Source: an uncultured Phycisphaerales bacterium
GTDB taxonomy: Bacteria > Planctomycetota > Phycisphaerae > Sedimentisphaerales > Anaerobacaceae
Assembly: GCA_963772725.1 (NCBI GenBank)
Contig: CAVYYI010000004.1
Span: 128,001-192,000 of the forward strand
Length of the DNA: 64,000 nt
Direction of reading: 5' to 3'
Under the pieces are notes generated by a model. The model made no database searches. It was not told the DNA's origin and saw only the letters and a program-made list of their open reading frames with translations. Of this stretch, positions 56,330-64,000 are shown in pieces. A program made the position numbers and the translations under genes. Every line of letters starts with the position of its first letter. The stretch's first letter is position 1.

Positions 56330-56983
56330 TTAACAGACACCGACATTAATTTCCGAAGCCAGCAGGTTAATCTGGATATCAGGATCAACCGGCAGCAGCC
56401 GAAGGTACTTGGTAAACTGTGCCAGCATGAAGCCCGCTGCGATATTGGCACAGTAGATCGTAGTTTTTGCTGTGCAGGGGCCTGCCTGGGCTTGTTCAGC
56501 GGCAAAGAGTGTCTGGGGATAATACATTCTGCTCTTTTCATCACAGGCGGTTATTACCCGCAGGACTTCAGCAGACATCCGTCCATCGACAAAGAAATTT
56601 GCCTTGTCCTTTACAGCATCCCAGATGTGTTTGCGTGTCTCTATTTTATCGACACAGCAGAAAACACAATTGCCGACAAGAGCCGAACGTTTAAATCGCT
56701 CATTAATTGTATAAAGCTCAAGTTTCGGATTTATCTGGTGACATATATCAGCCGTTGCATGTACTTTGAAACGTGTTAAATCATCTTCAAAGTATCCCTG
56801 GCTGGCAATGTTGCTTTCTTCGACAACATCATGGTCGAAAAGCTGCATCCATGGCAATCCAATAGCCGCAAGCTGCGATGCGACTTGCCTTCCAATCGCG
56901 CCAACACCAATCACGGTTGCTTTACAGTCAAGTATTCGCTCTCTTGGCACGATATCAGCCTGTCTTGAAAATCTGTCATCCAT
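56330..56983 (-). CDS. E1-like ThiF/MoeB adenylyltransferase
   Basis: RFSRQ, GVGAIG, DHDVVEESN..Q, CCVD, DGR; candidate catalytic Cys in GPCT. Confidence 0.92.
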   Translation of the reverse strand: MDDRFSRQADIVPRERILDCKATVIGVGAIGRQVASQLAAIGLPWMQLFDHDVVEESNIASQGYFEDDLTRFKVHATADICHQINPKLELYTINERFKRSALVGNCVFCCVDKIETRKHIWDAVKDKANFFVDGRMSAEVLRVITACDEKSRMYYPQTLFAAEQAQAGPCTAKTTIYCANIAAGFMLAQFTKYLRLLPVDPDIQINLLASEINVGVC

Positions 56984-57734
56984 AGAACACCTCGCTTTCT
57001 TCATCCCAGAAATCACTTTTAATTGCTAATTCTTCCATGAACATCTCGCGTTCAAGAGGCTCCATTCGGTCAATCTCGGAAAGCAAATCCTCACTTGAAA
57101 ACAATGGAACCTTGCTGAAATTTTCGTTGCCAAACAGTTCAACTTCCTTTTGCTGATTGGCAGCAGGTTGTTTTGGCTTGTCTGCCTGTTTGAAAACTTC
57201 ATCTTCGGTGACATTAGCTTTGTACTGCTGCTTCCAGAGTTCAAAGTTTGCAGCTTCAAATTCACAGCCGTAATCAACATAGACTGGAATCTTTACCTCG
57301 CCACCTGGGCCGACATTGAATCTTAGCCTTGCAAAAGTACCGCCATCCTGTGCCACAATGCACATTACAGACCAGTCGCACTTTCCAAAGACTCTGGCAA
57401 AAGTTGCTTCATCAGTCATGCTCGGTTCAGAAGAATTGCCAGGATGGGTATGCAGCCAGATGCGGGCGAACTGTTCCGGTTTTCTGCCGGCGGCGACCTG
57501 ATCCTCAAAAAAATCGGCTACAGATTCATCTGCAAAAGCAACTGATACCCCGCTAACCTTCTGTTTAACAAGGGCAAAATCTGTAACAAACAGTAAATCG
57601 TCAGCCTCTGTTATCCCAAATCCGCCGATTTCATTATCCGTCATGTCACGCATGAACAATAGTTTCGCCCAGGCTGTCGGACTGAACCGCAGCATCGGCT
57701 TTTGGTTCTTCTGAGAGTTGTTCCTGTTCTTCAT
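56976..57734 (-). CDS. JAB/JAMM metallopeptidase
   Basis: NEIGG; WLHTHPGNSSEPSMTD (HxH-x7-S-x2-D). Confidence 0.9.
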   Translation of the reverse strand: MKNRNNSQKNQKPMLRFSPTAWAKLLFMRDMTDNEIGGFGITEADDLLFVTDFALVKQKVSGVSVAFADESVADFFEDQVAAGRKPEQFARIWLHTHPGNSSEPSMTDEATFARVFGKCDWSVMCIVAQDGGTFARLRFNVGPGGEVKIPVYVDYGCEFEAANFELWKQQYKANVTEDEVFKQADKPKQPAANQQKEVELFGNENFSKVPLFSSEDLLSEIDRMEPLEREMFMEELAIKSDFWDEESEVFYG

Positions 57735-58701
57735 TTTCGTTTTCCTTTCTCTGCTCTTGGCAGTTTTGACATAATCCTTCTTCATCTAAGCAATCCTTAC
57801 AGAACGTTCGTTCACAATCTTCACATTTAGCGGTACAGTTATGACAGACCGGCTCGTTGCATGAGGGACACTCATAAGCACACCCAAGACAAATTGTGGT
57901 ATCACACTTTTGGCAATAGGTGCTGCAACTCTGAGCAGTAATCCCTGTCGCAATATTCACAATAGTAGTGGTCATCGTCTGACACGGTGCAGCCGCAGTC
58001 ATAGCAGGATGTGCCTTCCCAGTCGTCCAATGAAATGTATGGACTATCGGGGTTGTAGGTCTGCAGGATATTTACGGCCATTGTGAAAAAATCACAGAAT
58101 CGACCCTGTTCTATGGCACTTCTAATAGCAACATGGCCATCGCCTTCGCATAGTCTTTCGTCGCTTACATGCGGATGGGTGACACTGTCGTTTGAACCTG
58201 CAGGATTCGGCTCTAAGGCAATTATCCTGAAGGGAGCATCGCTATAGAGCTTGCTTATCTGGTCAATAGACAGTTTTACTTCAAATGGCCCAAATGGAAT
58301 ATTTTCCAGAGTGATCGGCTCTGTTGTTATAGAGAGAGCTTTTTCATTCGAATCGAATTTTATCTCGCCGAATTCCTGCTCTATTTGGGTAAGCTCTGCA
58401 TAAATTCAGAAAGTTTTGGCAGTGCTGTTTCATCAGCGTTGACAAGCTCTTTGAACTTTTGCAGGTAATATGAAAAATCGTTGAGGTTCCTGTTTATCCT
58501 CGATCTGATATTGTCCGCACCGGTTAACCAGCCTTTTTCAATCGCTCTATGAAAAAGATGGGAGTTTTTTGTCGCATCAGAGCACCTGATGCCAAAATCC
58601 TCCATTACATTTTGAATCTGCCGCAATTTTGCCTTTTGAAGCTCATACAAGCTGTCCAGCAGCAGGTTTGACAGCCGTATAAAATTTTTTTGTTTTTCCA
58701 T
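57646..58701 (-). CDS. E2/UBC-like enzyme fused to a 10xCxxC zinc-repeat domain (two compensating frameshifts)
   Basis: Manual translation: THPHVSDERLCEG..ILQTYNPDSPY then CxxC repeats; start and stop in the same frame (1056 nt). Confidence 0.8.
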
Positions 58702-58778
58702 AAAATTTTCCTTGCGCATAAAAAGGCCTCCGCCTATAATCAAAATAAGCAGAGGCCTTACGGTTAATAATTCCGTGG

Positions 58779-59024
58779 TTACGCGGTCTGCTGACCCAAT
58801 CGGCAAGCCGCACCTTCTATCTTGGTCGGGGTGATTGTTACGCGGTCGCCTTCCTGCAAACAGTAGTCCTTTGGAACAGGCTGGCGGTTGACACGAATCA
58901 AGTAATCTGAAGATTCTCTTCCTTCCATCTTGATTGTGAAAAACTGCTCAACTGTTGTTCCATCGGCAACGTTCACATAATCAGCAAACCCAGCGCCATC
59001 ATTGTTTACAAATAAAATTCTCAT
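58779..59024 (-). CDS. Ubiquitin-like (ThiS/MoaD beta-grasp) protein with C-terminal extension
   Basis: DGTTV..YLIRVN..LQEGDRVTITPTKIEG-AACRLGQQTA. Confidence 0.85.
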   Translation of the reverse strand: MRILFVNNDGAGFADYVNVADGTTVEQFFTIKMEGRESSDYLIRVNRQPVPKDYCLQEGDRVTITPTKIEGAACRLGQQTA

Positions 59025-59250
59025 TGTAATTTTCCTTTCGATAAATTTGTTAATAGTTTGTTTTGTTTCAATACATTTGTTTTTACAATCTGTCAGCAAT
59101 ACTGCTGAGGCGGACTGCGCGCATAGAATCTCTTCTTTCGCATAATGTTTCCTTTCGATTAAAAAATTAGAGATGTGTACTTACGATTGGTTTGTTACAA
59201 CGCTGGTGTATTTAGCGATAGCATCTTTTGCCTGCTGTATTTCCTCAACA

Positions 59251-59661
59251 TCACGAAATGTTTATCTGATTATCCAAACGGTAGAGCAAATCCGTTGTAT
59301 AAGAGGTCAATACCTTGCAGGCTTCCAGTAAGTCTGCTGCCGAATTGGCAATTCTGGTTGTCATCAATTCATCCGGCAACTCTGGAATACTGTGTAACGT
59401 AATTTGCGTCTTTATCCATTCATCAACAGTTGTTTCCTGAACACTCTTGATCTTGAGCCTGATACAGCCGCAGATAAATTCAAATTCATCAGGGTTGTCT
59501 GTATTATGATCCTGCGGTTCATCGCTGTCATCGTACCAGTGTTGAAAATAGTCCCTGGCTATCTGCCGGGCATGTTTAATGTTCCTGGCAGCAATCAGCT
59601 TACTTTGAGAGTATTCCTGCTCGCCGTTGTATTCGGTTGCTTGTACTTCATATAGTTTCAT
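59251..59661 (-). CDS. Hypothetical protein
   Basis: GGAGG RBS; co-directional run. Confidence 0.55.
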   Translation of the reverse strand: MKLYEVQATEYNGEQEYSQSKLIAARNIKHARQIARDYFQHWYDDSDEPQDHNTDNPDEFEFICGCIRLKIKSVQETTVDEWIKTQITLHSIPELPDELMTTRIANSAADLLEACKVLTSYTTDLLYRLDNQINIS

Positions 59662-59974
59662 GGTTTATATCCTCCTTGTATTTGTTGTTTGGATTTGCAC
59701 TTGCGGCTCGAAGAGCCTGCAATACTGTCTCTACATCTTCTCTTGCCCGCTCCATAACCCGGATTGCTCCATCAAAGGTGCTTTCACCACCCTCGACAAT
59801 TTCAACTACCATAAACTTGAACAAACCGTCTCCAATGTTGTCACCGGTTACTTTTGTCAGCAAGTCTTGCAAGCTGCGGCAATCTTGTTCGGGGTCGATA
59901 GGCAGTAGGTCAGCATGCGGATAAGCATCATAGATTACGCGAGCGATATTGATTTCCTTTTGGGTTTTGGTCAT
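59648..59974 (-). CDS. Hypothetical protein
   Basis: GAAAGG RBS; GDGLFKFMVVE. Confidence 0.6.
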   Translation of the reverse strand: MTKTQKEINIARVIYDAYPHADLLPIDPEQDCRSLQDLLTKVTGDNIGDGLFKFMVVEIVEGGESTFDGAIRVMERAREDVETVLQALRAASANPNNKYKEDINHETI

Positions 59975-60027
59975 AAATTTACCTTTCAAAATTTACATGG
60001 TTTCTGGTTTACGGATACGATGTGATA

Positions 60028-60399
60028 TTATTGTGCTGCTCTGCAAGCATCCAGACAGGATTCGCTGCAAAACAAGAGACCTTTCCATTTGAGGGCTTCT
60101 CCGTCTACTTCCTTTTTGCACCAGCTGCATCTGTTGCGGGCTGTCTCTCTGGCCTTTTCAAGGTCAATAATCTGAGGGTCTTCCCTGTTGATGTCATCAA
60201 AGATTATTAATCTCAGTCTGCCTTGCCAAATCTCGATGCCAACTGGAAAGCCTTCACCATCCATAGCACACTTTTCACCGTAGCCATCCGGCTGAATCCA
60301 TATTTGGCCGCCTTCGGATAAAATGTTTACCTTTATCTCGACAGGCGCAGAATCCGGACACTGCTCTTTGATGTTGATTGAATAAGTTTCTTTCGCCAT
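60028..60399 (-). CDS. Hypothetical protein with C-terminal TRASH-like zinc finger
   Basis: CSWC..FCSESC. Confidence 0.6.
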   Translation of the reverse strand: MAKETYSINIKEQCPDSAPVEIKVNILSEGGQIWIQPDGYGEKCAMDGEGFPVGIEIWQGRLRLIIFDDINREDPQIIDLEKARETARNRCSWCKKEVDGEALKWKGLLFCSESCLDACRAAQ

Positions 60400-60414
60400 A
60401 AATTCTTCCTTTCG

Positions 60415-60585
60415 TTATTTACTATCTACAACTTCATAGCCAGTGATTTCGGTATCCAAAATATCAGCGGCAGTGGTCGTATCATTTACATGGTAATCAA
60501 ATTCGTTGACCACTTTTGAAATTTCAATACCTTCATCTACCGACATTACAATACGCATTTCCAATTTTATTGTTACCTTTCTCAT
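60415..60585 (-). CDS. Small hypothetical protein (56 aa, not in the ORF track)
   Basis: GGGAG RBS; MRKVTIKLEMRIVMSVDEG..VVDSK*. Confidence 0.55.
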   Translation of the reverse strand: MRKVTIKLEMRIVMSVDEGIEISKVVNEFDYHVNDTTTAADILDTEITGYEVVDSK

Positions 60586-60913
60586 TTCTGTCTCCCGTAA
60601 AGAATAGTTAGCCTGACCTACTACCAGCCATTACGCATAGTGTCCATATGAAGGACCGACCGCAATGTTGCTATCTGCTTATTTGTGTAATTCTTTTGCT
60701 TTAGATGCTCGACTATCCGCCTATTGCCAGGGGCGTTTTCGTTGTCTGCAAATTCACACAACATCGTTTCCGAAAACAGTTCATCCAATTCCTGCAGTGT
60801 TTCAATTGTTTCCACTATTTTCACCTCACTTTCAATAAAAAGAGACATCTGTTTGTCTGTGTGCAAACAGATGTCATGGTTAATATAATGCTCCTGATCC
60901 TTGAGTTATGTGA

Positions 60914-61240
60914 CTAATCCCTGGGTATCCAACCGAGGTCTCTTAGCAGTTCATCTATGATTTTTATTTCATGGGCAAACTGCCTTGACTGCTCGCCGCC
61001 GACATCGATGCTTGTAAGCACATCTCCCAGCCGGTCAATGATTTCATCTTTGCTTACCATGGTCATATTGAACGGCTGATACTCATGTTCAGGCGCTTCG
61101 ATTGAATCACCCTTGAGGTTTTCAAACTGAACATCATCGCCGGCAACAAATTCCTGACACGTACATATAAATTTACCAGCAGCGTTTTTTTCATAGCTTT
61201 GCGTAACAAAGCCGACCGTCGTTTTTGTGAACTTTTCCAT
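60914..61240 (-). CDS. Hypothetical protein
   Basis: GAGG RBS. Confidence 0.6.
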   Translation of the reverse strand: MEKFTKTTVGFVTQSYEKNAAGKFICTCQEFVAGDDVQFENLKGDSIEAPEHEYQPFNMTMVSKDEIIDRLGDVLTSIDVGGEQSRQFAHEIKIIDELLRDLGWIPRD

Positions 61241-61258
61241 AGTGTTACCTCACTTTCT

Positions 61259-62059
61259 TTACGCAACTTCTTCCTTTATTAATAGATGAGTCTTTAGTAT
61301 CTCATCCAATACAAACCCAACGGTATTTATCACCGCAAGGCAAGCCCGCTCGATTGTCTTTTTGGATTTCTCGGCATAGTCTTTTACATACTCATACGAA
61401 AACCCAAGATTAGCCTCAGGACAATACATCTGCGCCAAGGTAGCTGCTGTAAGCTCAGCGATTATCTCCTGGCTCGGTACCTGACCGCCTTTAAGCTTGC
61501 CTTCAATGCGCTGGTGTGCGGCATGAGCAAGCTCGTGGAAAAATACCTTGGATTCATGTGATGCTAAAACTATTCTTTTTGAATCGCCCTGATAGTAGCC
61601 GTAATACCTGCTGGCAAAGGTTTGATAACTTACAGATAAACCGAACCGCTCAGCTACATCAGCAAGTGGCGGCGGTGTTGCAGGCTCATAAGGCAGAGGC
61701 TCACCATCCGTATCTTCAGCACGAAAAACTGGGATAGCGAAAAAACCCGCAACTATAACCTTTTCAGTTTCTGTGCCGTCATCATCGGTTTCAGTAATGG
61801 CTCTCGCTTTAGGCCCTAATATATGAAATGCCTTAGCGCCTTTTTTGACCTTTCGGCCCGCATTTTTCCACTGTCTAAAACCTCTGGCATCGGATGTGTC
61901 AGCTAAAAACTGCAATATACGATTGCTTATGCTCCATTTGGCCGAAGGGATATCATTTTGCGGCGGTATTGTTGCTACCGCTAACGCTTTTGGAATATTG
62001 CCTTCCTTGAACAAATCAACTATTCGCTGCAAACATACTTTTGCTTTTTCTGAATCATT
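61259..62059 (-). CDS. ArdC-like antirestriction / ssDNA-binding protein with zincin-like domain
   Basis: WSISN, FRQWKNAGRKVKKG, VF..EDT.G, HELAH..EIIAE. Confidence 0.8.
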   Translation of the reverse strand, partial: NDSEKAKVCLQRIVDLFKEGNIPKALAVATIPPQNDIPSAKWSISNRILQFLADTSDARGFRQWKNAGRKVKKGAKAFHILGPKARAITETDDDGTETEKVIVAGFFAIPVFRAEDTDGEPLPYEPATPPPLADVAERFGLSVSYQTFASRYYGYYQGDSKRIVLASHESKVFFHELAHAAHQRIEGKLKGGQVPSQEIIAELTAATLAQMYCPEANLGFSYEYVKDYAEKSKKTIERACLAVINTVGFVLDEILKTHLLIKEEVA

Positions 62060-62148
62060 CATTTTTTTCACCTCTTTCAACTCATAAAAAACGGGTATCT
62101 GTTTGACAGCTAAAACAAACAGATACCCTGGTTAACATTTTCAAAACT

Positions 62149-62364
62149 TCAGTTATTCTTGCTAAGATCGATCTTTGTAACCTTACCACCTTGGTCGATT
62201 ACCTCAAGGACAGGAGCAAGTGAATCGGGGTCAGTCATTATCAGATGTGTCTTTTTGGCTGCATCTAAAGGACTGTCAGCTCCAACATCGATCACATAGA
62301 TAACACGATACAAATCCTTTTCCTTTGGCGGTGGCTCTATCTGTAAAACCTTTTTCTTTGCCAT
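62149..62364 (-). CDS. Hypothetical protein
   Basis: GGAG RBS. Confidence 0.5.
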   Translation of the reverse strand: MAKKKVLQIEPPPKEKDLYRVIYVIDVGADSPLDAAKKTHLIMTDPDSLAPVLEVIDQGGKVTKIDLSKNN

Positions 62365-62377
62365 AGTTTTCATCTCC

Positions 62378-63269
62378 TTAATCTTTGAACATCTCCGGCG
62401 CAATTTCTTCAAGCATCTTTGGCTTAAAGTGCAGGTCTCGCTCAATGGGTAATCCCATCGGGCCTCTGACTTCCTCAAGCTCGCTTAAAAGGAAGTACCC
62501 AAATTCGCGTTCATGGCCAAAAACCAAGCCAAAAAATTTGTAATCAATTTCGACACCAGACTCCGACAGAATCGGTTCGCCCTCGGTTGCCAGCCATGTC
62601 CAGCTTGAGCTCGGTGTGAAATATTTCACATAAACAACTGCCTTGCCTCCTTTTTCATCCTGGGAATATAACGGTGGCAACTGTTCACGAATTTCCTTCG
62701 GTAAAAGTTTCATACCCCTGATTTTGTCGTTGGAAATAACCTTCTTCGCCCGTTCAACGGCGCTTGTATCCGCTATTGCAACAGCATTCGTTTCAGGAAT
62801 TCCGCAGGCCGCTGCGATACCGCATAGGAAATTAGCCATATTTTCAGCCTGTTTTTTTCTGCTGAGTGGGTCGGATTCACAAGCTGGTATCGGCTGTGTT
62901 AAAATCTCAACCTGATCAGGCTCAAGCTCGATAACAACTCTGCCGTTGTCATCGCTGTAGTCGCTCAAAATATGGATATGTCGTATAATCATGCGGCGGC
63001 AGTCCTGCTGTCATGTCACCAACGTTGCCTTTCTGTAATTTTGAAAAGCCTTCCATATATTTTGCTGATTCTTCTGTATTTGCAGATTCGCCATCTCCGC
63101 GAAGTCTGACCTTCGCTCCACGAATGTCCCTGTGGAAGTTGCCTTCCAAGTCAAACACAACCTTTTCCTTAATGCCGGCAAATCTCATCCAGCCGGTAAC
63201 CTTCCCTGGCACAGTATTGTCCAGGACGCCTTCAATAAATTGTTCATTTGGTCTCCAAGCCATAATTTC
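62378..63269 (-). CDS. DUF2958-domain protein, probably fused to ORF 62949..63314 across a frameshift
   Basis: LPPLYSQ..KYFTP..WTW..FFGLV.G.E.E.GYF.LSEL..IERDLHF. Confidence 0.7.
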
Positions 63270-63364
63270 ACCTTTCCTTTCAATTGATAAGATGTGGTTA
63301 AAAACAAAAAGCACATCTCTCGACTTTGAAGAGATGTGCTTTGACGATTGATACTAAATTGATT

Positions 63365-64000
63365 CTAAGCAGATTCGGCAGGCGGATTTACCCTTTGTCT
63401 CCTGCCATCCTTGAAAACAATCTCAAGACTATTGTCTGAAAATATTGTAATCTTCTGCCATTTATCGTACAGCGGATACAGCTCTTTTATAAGCTGCTGT
63501 CTTACCGTTTCATACGGCCCTATAAGCTCGTTCCAGAATTCATCCAGCTCTTTCTCAAAGTAGGAAAGTTGGGTATCGAAACTGTCGCCTTCATCGCTGT
63601 AGCCGCCCAGATGAAACCATATATTCTCGGCGGATAAATGGTTCCTTGCTTCTTTGGTTACGTATACAGTTTCTTCCGACCATTGGTATTTACCTTTTGG
63701 CGGTTCTGTTATGACTGCCATATCAACATCGGAACTGAATGTTTTGCCATCGGATGTGTGGATTGTTATCGACAGCTTATCAAAACATGCTATCTCGCCG
63801 CAGTTGATCGAGTGCCGAAGTTTTTCCTTGCCTTTTATAACTTCAACTTTTGTTACTTTTGGCAGCTTTGTCCAACTGTAACCCATATAACAGCTACCAA
63901 TAGTCACAGGCACAAAGGGCTTATCTTTAAATTCTCCCAATGCTCCCAATAAATGGGCATTTGTCTCTGCCATATCGTTCTTGCAGTCTCCGTTAAAGCA
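63365..64000 (-). CDS. C-terminal part of a hypothetical protein starting beyond the window
   Basis: Reading frame is open to the window edge. Confidence 0.55.
   Translation of the reverse strand, partial: CFNGDCKNDMAETNAHLLGALGEFKDKPFVPVTIGSCYMGYSWTKLPKVTKVEVIKGKEKLRHSINCGEIACFDKLSITIHTSDGKTFSSDVDMAVITEPPKGKYQWSEETVYVTKEARNHLSAENIWFHLGGYSDEGDSFDTQLSYFEKELDEFWNELIGPYETVRQQLIKELYPLYDKWQKITIFSDNSLEIVFKDGRRQRVNPPAESA

Larger units (their letters stand above)
28065..64000. mobile_element. Large integrative element/ICE-like island, continues beyond the window
   Basis: Begins at the tRNA 3' end; carries an excisionase, primase, RNR, IS elements, ArdC and DUF2958. Confidence 0.75.

Noticed and set aside
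56330..59024. Thiamine or molybdopterin sulfur-carrier (ThiS/ThiF) operon
   Set aside because: An E2-like gene and JAB are present, while thiG, moaE and cysteine desulfurase are absent from the neighbourhood.
1..64000. CRISPR array, cas genes, rRNA, reverse transcriptase
   Set aside because: I saw no regularly spaced repeat-spacer array and no such motifs.

Overview
Bacterial window that looks like Planctomycetota (probably Phycisphaerae): it has DUF1501, DUF1549/DUF1553, prepilin-type H-X9-DG proteins, ECF/Ser-Thr kinase pairs and dockerin-like tails. Many single-base indels, including in essential ffh, suggest an unpolished long-read assembly, so split ORFs are reconstructed here rather than called pseudogenes. 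Layout: (1) 1-4.8 kb is the end of a prophage-like element (excisionase, tyrosine integrase) abutting the 3' end of tRNA-Arg(TCG). (2) 5-28 kb is backbone: secreted-protein genes, a REP-flanked HUH transposase, an AT-rich cassette with a PLD-winged-helix nuclease between two methyltransferase remnants, ffh followed by a stand-alone M-domain-like ORF, rpsP and trmD. (3) From tRNA-Val(CAC) at 28.06 kb to the window end is a large integrative element: excisionase, class II RNR, AEP primase, two inverted IS21 copies, kinases/ECF, a NikR-linked metal uptake cluster with pilin-like and PEP-CTERM proteins, and an ArdC-containing run of small genes. The top candidate system lies in that run at 56.3-59.0 kb: a ubiquitin-like conjugation operon of pro-Ubl, an E2 fused to a 10xCxxC zinc-repeat domain (hidden from the ORF track by two compensating frameshifts), a JAB peptidase and an E1.
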